The position numbers were made by a program, and so were the translations under genes. The notes under the pieces were generated by a model. It was not told where the DNA came from, did not search any database, and saw only the letters and a list, made by a program, of their open reading frames with translations. A stretch of 62,183 bases of DNA, filler included, from Sphacelaria rigidula (lineage: Eukaryota), in NCBI GenBank assembly GCA_964200075.2. It is 11 parts of 11 records of this genome, joined end to end, with 100 filler letters (N's around TTAATTAATTAA, not from the genome) between each part and the next. Parts side by side here need not be neighbours in the genome. Positions count along the whole stretch, not along the records: positions 39,636 to 45,197 come from CAXNAA020026313.1; positions 45,298 to 50,859 come from CAXNAA020026314.1; positions 50,960 to 56,521 come from CAXNAA020026315.1; 8 more parts are not named here. One strand, 5' to 3'. The stretch's first letter is position 1. Each line of letters opens with the position of its first letter. Below, piece after piece: positions 39,733 to 52,755 of this stretch.

Positions 39733-40315
39733 GTTATGCTGGGCTGTGTTCATCGTGTGGACATGCACAGTGTTCGCTATACTCTGGTCCTTGTACCTGG
39801 CGCTCGTGTCCAGTCAAGCGAGACGCTGCTCTCTCACGGGTGCAGCATGCGGCAGCGGTGGTACTAGCACTCTGAACTCAGCGCAAGCGTCAAAAGTAGC
39901 AGCGGCATCTGCTTCGAAAACATCGCCATCGCCGTCATCATTAACACTTCGAGGGGCAGTCGCGTTGGGCACTGGTGATGGAACCAGTAGTCCCCCGATG
40001 AAGGATGTGCTGGGGGACGACGCATCGAAAACTAAAGCGGAGATGGGGATGCGGTCGCCCTGGGTAGATAGCGCGCAGAGCTTTGGACTACTCGTGAGTT
40101 CTTTGACGTTTCTGCCGGCGTGGAAAACGCTGTCGGGTGCTGAGAGCCTGGGGGGTGTATTGGTGCCTGTGGCGTTGGCGATTGTAGTCATGTGTGTGGG
40201 ATTAACCGTTCAGATGGTTCGATTACCTGTGCTGTGGTGCGATTATCGCACGAAGGAGTTGGTGCTGGCCGGGCGGGCTGGGGATGGTTTTTGTAACTCG
40301 CGCTTGGCTGCCTGA
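39733..40315 (+). CDS. Probable terminal exon of a membrane protein
   Basis: Pyrimidine-rich upstream sequence and a ttacag acceptor. Open frame to TGA with about 3 hydrophobic segments (LCWAVFIVWTCTVFAILWSLYLALV; FGLLVSSLTFL; GGVLVPVALAIVVMCVGLTV). Confidence 0.6.
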
Positions 40316-40520
40316 TGCGCTGTGGTTTTGGGTCGAATGATAATTAGTTGAGCTGATTCGCCTCTGTGTTAGTGATGGTGCTGTATGTTAGCCACACTTT
40401 TTCTTGTAGCTAGCTTTTTGCTTCGTCAGCTGGTTGGCTGGAACTCGCTCGCAAGTGATGCTTGCCGCACACGGTAGCGTGTCAATAGTGCATATCATGT
40501 CGTTAATTCCGTGGGTCGGT

Positions 40521-40630
40521 TAGGCTTTTTCTTACTATGCTAGCACGGTTTTACAAAATAGCGACCCAACATTGTTTTCGAGATGAACGAATTCTTCAAA
40601 AACCGTGCTAGCATAATAAGTAAAAGCCTA
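40521..40630. mobile_element. 110-bp hAT-like MITE with a perfect 8-bp TSD
   Basis: GGGTCGGT-taggctttttcttactatgctagcacggtttt..aaaaccgtgctagcataataagtaaaagccta-GGGTCGGT. Confidence 0.9.
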
Positions 40631-41683
40631 GGGTCGGTCCTCCGTTCTTGCTGGTTATGATCGAAACGCTTGGGCGTTGGTTGTTGTCATGTTCTAACCC
40701 TGGGTTCCGCTGATGTTGCACACGATGCTACTGTTGCAACGGCATGAAAGCGAGGGGAAGACGTTTTTTGAAAACAAAATGCCATTACATCGGAATATTT
40801 GGGACTCTAGGATGCGACCGTCACTCAATTAGCACGGGGCAAGTCAGACTGGTGATGCTGACTACTGCGATATCAGCATTTTTTTCTCTCTGTTGGTAAG
40901 ATTGTAGATGAGGGGCAGTGCGTAGGACGGGTGTAAGGGCGTGATTTGTGTGTGAGGGTGTGACTTAGAGGAGCTACGTGGTCATGTAGTTTTGCCCGAT
41001 GTGTTCATGTTTTGTGGTGAAGATAGTTCTTGACGAATCAAGAGGGGTAGACGGTATCTATGGGCTTTCCGGTCGACTCGCACGTTGTCTTGGGTTGTGT
41101 ACATTCAAACCTTCGTCAAGAAGTTGCCCCAGCGGTTGTAGGTAGGAACTGCGTTTTGATTTTAGTAGTTGTACATAATGTGGGGGTATCTCTTCTTGAA
41201 TACACCGCAACCATGTGTTTACATGTCAGCCGCTCGATAGAATCGGGCGGAGATGGCGAGAAGCAATGTATAGGCTCACTGCTTTCATTATATCGGTGAC
41301 CCTCATCCATCCTCCGCATCCTATGGATGTGTCCGAAGCCAGAAGACGAGTTTCACTGATCGCGTCGTTTGGTTCACCAGCTACGCTATCATCTCATACG
41401 CCAAGGTTTGTCGTTTCATCGCACATCCGTAAATATCAAAACCGAACGGTAACCCGCGATTGCAAAATACAAAATACACCCTGGCTTGCTATTCAACTGC
41501 GTGCGTGTTTGTCGGCTCGTGCGTAAATATTTTTGCGCGCGTATCCCCACGTGCTGCCAGCCTTGCCTTACTTGTTCCCATCTCCCGCTCCTCACGGAGA
41601 GTCTCTTCTGCTGCATTCTCCAGATGAATGATTTTCAAGTGCCATCTGATGCCACTCCTCCCTTATGTATCAAAAAGTAATTA

Positions 41684-42092
41684 TTGTTGAAAAGTGCATT
41701 TGTCACCCTTCTCCATCGTTTTTCGCCCGAAAAGAGGGCTAGGCGGATGCTGACACCTCGAAATTACTTGCTCTACTCGTTGAGAACGTTCCAGAGCACT
41801 TTCGCGTTTTCCGTAGGTCACAATTTCGTTTTTGGCCAAACTTTTGTTTTCAATAACAAACGGTGAAGTTATCAGAAACAGGGGAAGAGCTGCCATTTTT
41901 TTTTGATAACTTGACCGTTTGTTGATTGAATATGCATTTATGGCCGAAAACGAAACTGTGACCTACGGATAACGCAAACATGCTCTGGAACGGTCCCAGC
42001 GAGTAGAGCGAGTCATTTCAAGGTGTCAACATCCACCTAGCCCTCTTTGGGGGCGAAAATCGACGAAGAACCAAAAACGCGCTTTTCAACAA
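41684..42092. mobile_element. Long foldback element (family X-related)
   Basis: ttgttgaaaagtgc at the left and gcgcttttcaacaa at the right, with ~190-bp imperfect arms. Homologous to 26010-26415. Confidence 0.8.
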
Positions 42093-42419
42093 AATTCACT
42101 TTTTCCAATTTTCAAATTGGTTGTTGTCTCAGGCTATTCTAGATTCGGCATTAGATTTCTGTGACAGAAAACACTCTCGTTTTTTTCGGAATTCTTGGGA
42201 AAAAACAAGCAGAACTTTTCGAAAAATTGCTCAAACCATGACCCCATTATATAGAGTACAGGGTACTACACTGAACACAAGACAACACAGCAGTTCTGCA
42301 GTGTTTTTTAGTTTTAGAACCCGAAGACGGACTGTATACAGTATGCATCAGCGTCTCTGTCCAGCTGCTGCTGCTGTACTATTACAACAACACAGCAATA
42401 TTTTTTTCAGAATATTTGA

Positions 42420-43381
42420 CACCTTGGACAATACAATATGTAATATATATTGCCCGCTCAATATGTCGACGCGTCAGGTGGTCAATATATATCGGGCAAG
42501 CAATATGATGGCACGAGAGAGGATCAATATATATTGTGCCATCAGTATGTCAAGGCTCGCGACATGCAATATATATCGACCGAACAACATATCACGACAC
42601 GCGCCGCCTCAATATATATTGGACGAGTAATATGTTGGTGCGAGAAGGCACCAATATATATATATATATATATATTTGTCGAGTAATATACTAGCTGCCA
42701 CACGAGGTCAATCTATGTTGATGATTCAATATACTCAACACCCGAAGCGCCAATATATATTGCCGCCCCAATATGTCGTGCGTCAATGCGTCCAATATAT
42801 ATTGGGCGGACAATACACGAGGGAACCGACGGTCACAATACATATTGGTGTAGCAATATATTTTGATTTTCAACATGTAAATTGAAAAGTGCATAATTAG
42901 TATGGTGGGCAGTTCTATGTTCGCGGGCGCCATTGAAAGGTGTATCACCACACGCCGAAAACGCTCAATATACTTCTCCGCAAGCGTGTTCAATATATAT
43001 TGGCTGCACGATAGCTATGCGATGAGCGTGCGCAATATATGTTGGAAAAACAATACTTTTGCATGATTTGCGTTCAATATATATATATATTGGTATCAAT
43101 ATGCTACGCATCGCTTCGACTCAATATATATTGACACTTGAATGCATACACGGCTGGCATGCACAATATATATATTGAATGTTTTATTCCCGGAGCAAAT
43201 GCATGTGCAATATATATTGTCATACATCATTTCTTCATGATCATGACACGAGCAATATACATTGTTGCTTCAATATTTTCGAGAACATCTCAGCACAATA
43301 TATTTTGAAAGGACAATATTTGCGCTGGCTCCAATACAAAGTATTGGTATCATATTGGAACATATTGTATTGTCCAGGGTA
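42420..43381. mobile_element. TIR element (CACC(C/T)TGGACAATACAATATG) filled with a 42-bp-period CAATATATATTG motif array
   Basis: TIRs at 42420 and 43361-43381. About 18 palindromic motifs in two blocks. Confidence 0.8.
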
Positions 43382-43459
43382 TAAGCAACACAGCCCCGGT
43401 GACCACAGGGGTAACAAAAGGCGCATATCGACTCTTATGTCACCATATTTTCTGACCAG

Positions 43460-43493
<34 letters not shown>

Positions 43494-43629
43494 GGTCAAA
43501 CGCATTCGACCACTCTCCGTAGTATTGTACGCGAACTTCTTCGACTCCCTTTGAAGCTTCTCCCAATCTGCACGGGATCCGGCATCCATCGCGTCTCTGG
43601 TTCTTTCTTAAAGCGTACATCATCCTTAT

Positions 43630-43720
43630 AATATCCAATATATATTGACCGGTCAATACATTGGCCCCCACGTAGACCCAATATATATTGACCGGTCAAT
43701 ATGTTCTCACCAATGCGACC

Positions 43721-43762
<42 letters not shown>

Positions 43763-44007
43763 TCGTGCAATATGCTGTCGCCCGCGCTGCCCCAATATAT
43801 ATTGATGGGACAATATGTGTTCAACCCCGCAGTATCAATATATATTGGGCGAGCGATATGTATGCCATCCCACGACATCAAGATATATTGGGCGCACAAA
43901 ACGTGTGCAGTCCAAGGGTACTAATATACATTACGCCGGCAATATATCGCAAAATTTCAATGTGATCGACTCATATATGTTGAAAACATGTTGTATTGTC
44001 CAGGGTG
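43630..44007. mobile_element. Second, partial element of the same family (43-bp-period array plus right TIR)
   Basis: Motifs at 43636, 43679, 43722, 43793, 43836, 43879 and 43922. Ends catgttgtattgtccagggtg. Confidence 0.75.
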
Positions 44008-45297
44008 TGGTATATTTAGTCAAACGAACAAGGCGCTTCCCACACCCATCACTTCTATGCTGTAGTTGTCGCTGTGCTGTTGTGCATTTGAACACCCTAC
44101 GACGAACATGGTGTGATGTGCGCTGGAGAGTGCCTGAACAGTTGTAGTGCTGCATGCGGTGTTCTGGTAAGCACAGAAGTGGGGTGAGCGCTTATGGATA
44201 GTAGAGGCGCTGTAAAACTACTCGTCGTTCAAATCTGCTGCGTGGGCTCGAGATTTAAAAAAACGACGCAGCGTCGGTCATAATAATAGGTTGGGGTGGA
44301 TCCTTCTTTCCACCGTTGGCGCGGGCGGGGGTTTGTACAAGTGGCGCTCTCAGAAAAAAAAACGCACAGACACCCACCACTCACGCGCATTAGTTTCACT
44401 GCTGCTAGCCCTTGCTGATCTGCACACAACAGTCTTTGTTTGACAGCAAATCGGGCCGTAGCTGCTCATCAGCTGTGCACGTTGTGCGTGACCTTGCTCA
44501 CATCTGTTCAGATTTCATTGAGAAATGTTACGGCGGATATCGACTGTATGTGTAGTAGGCGTTTTGCAGTACACGTGGCAAGTGCAGTAGGTCTTATTCC
44601 ATTCGTCTGTTGGTGTTGTATTCCAATCGGGCGTCCTTGACCGGAGCCCACCGCCCTCAGAACTTCCACCACCCAGCAACTCTCGTTTAGCTACCTAGCT
44701 GAGCCAAATTAGTAACAGAGCTATCGGTCACCACTTGGAGACATCTCGCTTGCAAGGAAGTCAAGAGCACCTCTTCTGCACGTGAAAGTGAGTCCCTGCT
44801 TGGCCTTGCGATGCAGTGCTTATCGGACTCGATGGTCTGGTACTCACGCGCTCAAGGGTCGTTCCTCTCGACTGCGATTGTTCAATGTGGCCAGCCGCTG
44901 ACCTCGTGTCACCCCGGGCCGGGCGTGTTTTTTGAGAGTGACGCCAGTATCACCTCGTGATCAGACCACGACATGGTGACCAATCCGAGAATCGAACTCG
45001 GCTTTCCGCAGAATATGATTTTGTGTGAGACGCGCGCGCAGCACACGCTTACAAAACGGTCTGCAACAACACGTTTTCGGTTGTTTTTGACACGCATGCA
45101 GCCGCCATTCGTCCAATACAGAACGGATTTCTGTCAAACAAAGACTATCGTGTGTAGATTAGCAAGGGCTAGCAGCGAAACTAATGCGCGTGAGTGGNNN
45201 NNNNNNNNNNNNNNNNNNNNNNNNNNNNNNNNNNNNNNNNNTTAATTAATTAANNNNNNNNNNNNNNNNNNNNNNNNNNNNNNNNNNNNNNNNNNNN

Positions 45298-48200
45298 TCA
45301 GGGCAGTCACGCATACTGTGGCCAGTACCATTGCAGTTGATGCATGTGTTAGCATGGCGACGAAAAGCATCCTTGCGAGCCGAAGGCGAAATCAAGGGGG
45401 TCCACAAATGTGGGTCATGCGTGATAAAAGTAGTTGTGGGAACGGCATAAACGTCATCAAAAGTATCTGCCGAATAAGGCCAAGCGTCGAAGCTTGCTCG
45501 GGCGGGGTCTTTTTTGCTATGAACAGACATGACCGATTCGCCGACAGAATTGGGTGTCCAAGTGTTACTGGACAAAGTGTGGGTGCGTCCACGCGACCCA
45601 GAGGTGCTCGTGGATGCGGCACGCAAGGTCTGTGAAGACCCAGAAGAAAACTGTGTGCCACGAATGGCAGGCGTTAAATTATGTTCTTGATCTACAAACG
45701 CAGTCCACATCGCGTCTACGGAGGCTTAAGGCACCTCTTTGTGCGCCAAAGCGCCCGGAAACAAAGACGGCATCAGCGTCGGAAATTGCTGAGCGATACT
45801 GTTGCGAACATGTGTCTGACACATCGTATCACTAGGGCTATTCTGTCGGCTAGTACCAGTTACACTTGACACCAAAAGCTTGAAGTCGCGTAGGTAGTCA
45901 GCAAAGGGCACGTCTGTTGCCACGGCAAAGGAACTGAGGCGCTTGATGGCGCCTGCCTGATCAGACTTATCAAAACAACTTATGATGCGCCTTTCCAAAT
46001 TGCCGAATAGTAGCGGCACTGTTTGCCCGCCGGCACAATCTTGATCCATTGCGTCGAAGAAGGAGTCGAGAATCTGCGTGAAAGAAGCAGCGACGTCAGG
46101 GGAGCGACAGTTGATTGAGCGACGCAAAGCCTTGTGTAACGGGGTTTGCCATCCATCAATCCAGTCGGAGTCTTCGAAACATTGTTGTCCAGTTGCATCG
46201 GCCAACTCAAGGATGTTGCGCATCGTTCGACGCATTGAGGAAATGATAGCAGATGTAAACTGACCAGAGTCCTCATTGTCTGCAGCAGGCATGGTTTTGA
46301 TATGCTAAACTTTCTTGACATCCATCTGTAAGTACTCACGCTTGATTACAGCGACACGAGGCGATTCTCTACGAGTATCGGAAGCAGCTTTATCAGCGGC
46401 AGCTTGTTGCTTGGCTGCGACGGCGGCAGCTAGTGACCGAGCCGAGGTAGAAGACAATGAATGAGCCGAATTGTCACTATCACTATCAGTAAGACCTAGG
46501 AGGCGAGCAGACGCCGCCGCCAAAGGGGGCGTTACTTGCCTGACGGCCGGTGAGGGCCGTACGGATCGCGTTGAGGCGCGTTGTTGGTGCCTGGCAGTCG
46601 ATGAACTTGAAGACTGATTACCAGACCGTTTGTGGCTGCCCCGGGTTGTGCGTCGACCGTTGTTATTGTTGCGGTGGGCCCCTTGACCACGGCGTGGTGC
46701 GGCCCCGGGAGGGTCGTCGTCAGAGTCGTCATCATCACGACGGTGGCGAGGGGGGTGAGGTGTGATCCAGGCCCCATCATCATTGGGCGACAGCGTGTTA
46801 TGAGCTGCACGCATAGCAGCGAAGAGGGCGGCGGCGGCGGTCTCATAAGCGGGGCGACTGTCCCCGGTACCGATCGTTGGGTAGAGTACAAGTCGTTCGA
46901 TAGTGAGAGCGCCCGGGTCGTTGTCAGGCAGTTGTCCACCTTGCTGCAGGAAAGGGAAGATCACGCTGTTGATCGGTAGAGTAAGCGAGCGCCAAGCCTC
47001 CTCGGAGGCGCGGAGAACGTGCTTGCGGGTGTACTTTCCCGAAAGTTGGCGTAGCGTCCAAGAAAGCCAAGACCGTTCGCTGCCCTGAAGGCGGAGCCAA
47101 GGTGTGAGCCAAGGTGTGAGGGCAGGGGGCGCCGAGGCTTAGAGGCCCTGCGGTGGCGATGGCGGGGTGCGCGCAGGCGAGGCGGTAGGAGCCGCAGTAG
47201 CAGCGTGTGGGCGCGAGGGCTGGCGTGCTTCCGCCGAGCCGGAAATGGCGGCAGAAGATGCAGGCGCTGGCTCGCGCGGCGTGGTCCTCAGAAGAGGAAG
47301 GTATTGCTCCAGTTCTAGAGAGCGTAGAGCCGTGGTGGTAGTCTCCGTGGCCGTGGTGCATTGACGCAAACGATGTGCATCGCGTCGAATGAAGTCGCGC
47401 ATCTAGTCGAACGCAGCGAGGCGTTCAGTTAGAGTCCATTGAGCCGCCCGCTGGCGGCTGGTCGCCGAATCGACCGCCTGCCGTTGGCGCGTCAGACGTA
47501 CCGAGAGGTCGTCATGGAGAAGACGATGGCCAGCGTCATCCGCCGTTTGGCGGGGTGAGGGTGGCGCAGGGTGCGTGGCCGGGTGTAGGGTGCGGTATTC
47601 CTTGAGAATCTACTCCTGATCGGAGTGGGGTCCACGCAACCAGAATCGGGGAAGAAGGTCCGGCGGGCAATGCTCGACGCCCAACAGGGGGCGGTCGTCC
47701 GTGAAAGCATCTGGTGCAGGCGCCGGAGCCGAACTCGTGGCCGGAGTCTCTTGCGGCGAAGGGTCCGATCCCGCGGGAGCGGCCGTGATAGGGGTGTCAC
47801 CCTGATCCGCCGTGGCGGAAGCCGCAGTTGTCGCCGCGCGGGGGGCGGAGAGCGTGACACGGGTGCTTTCTGCATCCGTATCGATGTCTGCAGCCGCAGT
47901 AGGTGTGGGGGCTGCGATGGGAGCGGTAGTCGAAGGTGCCGGGGCGTCAGCCATGATGGAAGCAGATCGCAGGTATCGACGGAGATCTTCGATTTGTCGT
48001 TCCACCGCACGCACAGTGGCAGCATCAGGATGGGGCGGAAGTGCACGGTGAGTGCTGTGTCCGTCGCGTAAGGGTGCGTGGATGTCAGTCAACGAAGCAT
48101 TCGTGGGCAGCCGTGAACTCACGCGGGCCTGATCGACAGATTTGGGTCGTGAGGATCCCGTGGTTGATGATAATCCTGACAGCAATGCACGTACGTCATG

Positions 48201-49241
48201 AACATGAGTGGTACGATCATCATGGTGGACAGTGTCGTCACCACCCATATCCGAATCAAAGGGCACATCTGAGGTCGAACGTTCGTCATCATGGCCTGCA
48301 GTCGCTGGTACAGAGGCCTGATGGTTCACACTACTGTCAAAGTGAACATGATCTGAGGACGTTCAATGTTGAACGGCTGTGTGAAACGCGGCCGCAAGCG
48401 CTTGTGCAAGGGCAGTTGTCGCCGGACCGTCAGAAGTGACAGCCGGTGATGAACGGAGCAAGTGCTCAAGAGCCGTGACTAAAGGCAGGTGCCCTGTGGA
48501 AAGCTCTTCTGAGCGGCCAAGACGCGAGGAAAATGTTCGACGCGAGGGCTGGTGAACTGAAATGTCCTCACGATACATGCCGTGTCGTCGCGGGCGCTGT
48601 AAGGCATCGGAACCCTTGTGCGACGTACCGAAAACGTCGGAAGGCATGGACGGATGCAGTTCCTCAACACCGCGAGCGTGGAGTGAGTCGAGAACCGCGG
48701 CGGAAGCCTGGAGCAGTTTGTGTTGCACAGCAGTGGAAACGCGTGGCGACTCGGCAGATATGTTGGAACTCCGAGACGGTGTGCGGTTCACAACAGAGCG
48801 AGCGCGTAGCGACTCGGCGATCATGTTGGAACTTCAAGACGGCGTGCGTTTCACAACAGAGCAAGCGCGTAGCGACTCGGCGATCATGTTGGAAGTCTTG
48901 TACAGTGGACGGTCCGCGACAGAGCGAGCGCGTAGCGACTCGTCGATCATGTCGGGAGTCTTGGACGGTGTGCGTTTCGCAACAGAGCGAGCGCGTAGCG
49001 ACTCATCGTTCATGTTGGAAGTCTTGAACAAATGGTGGTCGTGGTCACCAGTAGCAGCCAAGTCTCGGGACGTGTAGACGCCAGAGTGGAGGGCCGAAGC
49101 TCTGTCAGATTTTACTTCTTCGTGTACAGGGGAAGTAAGAATGAATGGTTTTGAAGGAAATGATGAAAAGAAACGCTGACGGCGTAAAGATTTGTAAGAA
49201 AGAAGGGCCGAGGGGAGAATTATTTTCGGTGGTTGCGCCAT
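45298..49241 (-). pseudogene. Retroelement gag/ORF1-like pseudo-ORF (~1300 codons) with a CCHC zinc knuckle, truncated by the scaffold end
   Basis: Seven ORF-track pieces share one frame, broken only by in-frame stops. It ends CINCNGTGHSMRDCP (CX2CX4HX4C), preceded by a helical capsid-like segment (FADYLRDFKLLVSSV). Confidence 0.75.
48730..49030 (-). repeat. 63-bp (21-codon) tandem repeat, 5 copies, inside the gag-like frame
   Basis: gcgcgtagcgactc recurs every 63 nt. Peptide unit is approximately MIAESLRARSVVKRTPSKTSN. Confidence 0.9.
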
Positions 49242-50959
49242 ATTAAATTGAAGAGGTAGAAATGGACGCCAGACACCAGAGTACAATAGTTCTGATGTAG
49301 TAATAGCAGGTAGTGTAGGCTCGGCAGGGGATTGTAAGTACCGAAAAGCAAATTAAGCAGTAAAGACTCCAACATTTATAAATGGAGGTACCCGGAGTAG
49401 AGTAAACTGCGGTGATAATAACAATCAGCGTAATCGCGACAATTTTTACATGTACCGAAAGGGCACACAGCAGAGCAAAGTATGAAGAACTGAAGCTAAA
49501 CGCCGAAAAGAGAGGAACTGCGGCAGAAATACGACACCTGTAGAGGAAACCGTGTATGGGGAACCGCAGGAAGGCGCACTGAAGGTGTACCACATATATT
49601 AATAGTCGTCAAGGAACAAACTTACAGAAAAAGTCAATAGTTTTCGCACGAGAGGTGTGGTGCAAGAGCAAAACCTAACAACGAGACGACTGTGAAAGGA
49701 GGCGGACACTTGGACAGATATCCGACGGCGCACTGTGCACGTCAAATACAACAGGGGTACTTAGTGGCCAGGCACACACTGAACGAGGGTACTACAGTGG
49801 TGCAAGTAGGATACCGCACACAGAAAGTGTAGGTAAACACAACTCGAGACAGCGGAAGACACCACGACTAGTGTAAATCACTTGGCCAAGGTGAAGGCGA
49901 CGATGTGTAAATAGTTGTGGAATTCAATACAGAAAGAGAATCAAAAGGGCGGCAGCGAGGGTGCGAAACACTGGAGTCGAGTGCAGGGGTCCAAGAGGAG
50001 ACAGCTGGAGCAGCCGACTGAACCACAAATGTTGGGGCAGATCAGGCGCCAACTGAGAGGATTACAGGGGGATACGAAATTTCGAAAAACAACAGTAAAT
50101 CGTAAAAGGAACCCGGTAGAACAGCGCCAGAGAGGGAAAAGGTGGATAACGTAGGATACAACCAAAGGGGGGATCGCGCAGTACAGTACCAAAAGAGAAA
50201 AGTGTGTCCCGTAGTACACACACAAGAGATGAAGGATGGATCACCCGGTACACACAGAGAAGATGAAATGCGCGTCGCGGAATACACAACCACAAGATGA
50301 AAAGTGGATCGCGTAGTGCACACCCGGCGGGAAGTTTGAGAAGCGGGGCTGGGGTGTTGTATAAACCCGAGGGAGTGTGCGGTGACAGAAATACAGCACC
50401 GACACGAGTGAGTAAGCGGGGAAGGTGTCGTGTAAGCGGAAGAACAGACGATGTGCGGAAGAACAGATAATGTGTACTACAGTGCTGCAAGACGGTGGAG
50501 CGATGGTTGCTACTGCACAGGTGTTGCACCGAAAAAGTAAGCGTGGATGCTGTATGCGGTGAACTAAAACACTGAAACAGTCAGCGCAAGAGTAAGAGGA
50601 CACCGCACTATAGCCACAGCAGCGGCGCACAAGTGTCAACGTCCTGCAGGGAGAAAGTTAAAGCGGCGTGTTCTGGATTTGTCCAGTAAGGTAAATGTCA
50701 ACCAAAGGGTTTACAACAAGCAATCCGACACAGCGCTGGGCGGGATATTCGGCGAGCGATGTGGGGCAGAAAGGACGATAACAATAGAACAAGGGCACTA
50801 CAAATCAAGAGTGCGGCTCAGGAAAAGGAGCGACCAAAGCATGAGAAGGACAAAGACCGNNNNNNNNNNNNNNNNNNNNNNNNNNNNNNNNNNNNNNNNN
50901 NNNTTAATTAATTAANNNNNNNNNNNNNNNNNNNNNNNNNNNNNNNNNNNNNNNNNNNN

Positions 50960-51018
50960 GATGCGAGGTCAATGGTCTTACGACTATGGCAAGCATGATC
51001 ATGAGTGCACCCCCCCCC
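50960..51018 (+). mobile_element. Family B 3' end
   Basis: gatgcgaggtcaatggtcttacgactatggcaagcatgatcatgagtgcacccccccc. Confidence 0.8.
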
Positions 51019-52499
51019 TACCCGCGGTCGAGAATGAGGAAGAGGCCAAATCAATTTAGGAAAGACCTTTTTCTTCCTATTCCTCCACTAGTATACGGAA
51101 TTGAACGATCATTTAGATATTTCCGGGTTCGCCTCAACGTCAGCAGCCCCAAACCGAGGAGTTTGTCAGTTGTTCTTGCGGCGATCGGGGAGCAATTGAG
51201 CAATTTGGTCGGCTGGAAATGACTTTTGAGTCGTGGCGATCACTGGATAATGAACATTGAATCCCCCTGGCTCTTGCAACACCGGTTGTTACCGACCTGG
51301 CACTATCGCAGTGCTACGGCCGCCATGCTAAGAAGGGCGGTGTACGACGAACAGTGCTGTACTGCTACCGAATGACTGAAATGGACATGCAGTAAGTTGA
51401 CTGTGCGGTGTTACCAGCCGACACGAAAATCTTCTATTTTAGACGTGCACAATGTGTGAGTTGCAGATAATCACGTACTTTGCCCGCATTTGGGCAGACA
51501 GCCGTGTTCATACAACGCGTGTATCTACATATCGCAATTCATACTGCACTGTGACACAAGAGAGGGAGAGGTTGCAAAGGGGAATGTTATGGGCGTGATG
51601 TTGCGAAAAAGAATATCCAACATCGAGGTAGCGGCTGTCATGAATTGTAACAAACGTGATCTTGATATTGCTACGCCCGCAAGGGCAGATCCATGCAAAC
51701 TCCCGGATGCCAGGCGTGCGCGCCCACTTCACGTTCACCCCTTGCAAGACTTCTGGAATCTGCGGCACATTTCCAGCGCCGGTACCCTGAGCGCTTTGAT
51801 CTTCACTCCCTGCTCCTGCGGGTATGTTCTTCTCCACTTGCTTTGACTCACCCCTACCACCTACCGTTTCGGTACACCCGGCGCAGGCCGACATTACCGG
51901 CAAACACGTGCGGTGCAGTACAGCAACTACTATCGCCGTCATCCAGTAATCAGAGGGGTACCCCTCCCATGAAACCGGGTACCCCCCCCCCCCCCCCCCT
52001 CCTCCAACCCCAGGATGAGGTTCGTGCGGCGAGGGGGGGGATGGTGCATGGATTTCCCGATATGGGGCCCCTCGAGGAGGGAAAACGAGGAACTATGACC
52101 TCCCTCGGGTTCTGGTCAAGCAGCATCGTCATGGAAACACAAAAGACAGGGCGTGTCTAGTTTACACACGGCATAGCACTATCAGCAAAAAACAGAATCT
52201 GTTCAGAGTGTCCTATAATCAACCATGAAAACATGGGATACCATCTGTACGTAGTATCCGCAACAAATAACTGTACCAAGAACCCAACAGACGATAATGT
52301 TCCGCCCTCAACGAAAATTTGCCGCCTGCTCTGTTCTTCTCCGCTGCTAGGTCCTTTCCGAAGTTGACATCCTGACGCTCCCATCTGTCCTCACCAGCGT
52401 CCATGGACAAACCAACCGCCCATCCTCTCTGGTGTCCATGATCCCCAAACAGTACCCCCTCTGCTTCCTTTCATGATGGAACACCTCCCCCTTCCTTAT

Positions 52500-52755
52500 G
52501 CACTCTGGTGACAAGACATGTAAAATGTTTTCGTGCAATGTATGAAGGAAAGTAATGGGCGCCGAAATGTTGGAGGTGTCCCTATTAGGAGTAGGAATGG
52601 TGCTCCGTCTCGAAAGGGATGCGTGGTCAATGGTCAAATGGCCAAGACGAGCAACAAATGAGTACGAAGGGTAGGAACGGTGCTACGTCTCGAAAGGGAT
52701 GCGTGGTCAATGATCAAATGGCCAAGACAAGCAACAAATGAGTACGCCACACCCC
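52500..52755 (+). mobile_element. LINE family A 3' fragment with its terminal ~80 nt tandemly duplicated
   Basis: gtaggaa.ggtgct.cgtctcgaaagggatgcgtggtcaatg..gcaacaaatgagtacg occurs twice (52591-52666 and 52671-52746). Confidence 0.85.

Noticed and set aside
42441..43940. Calling the 42-bp array a true CRISPR
   Set aside because: Eukaryotic context, no cas genes, a bipartite repeat of only 12+7 nt, and enclosure by transposon TIRs. It is reported as CRISPR-like in architecture only.
51060..51942. Coding-like stretches on either strand
   Set aside because: No recognisable motif and no consistent splice model.
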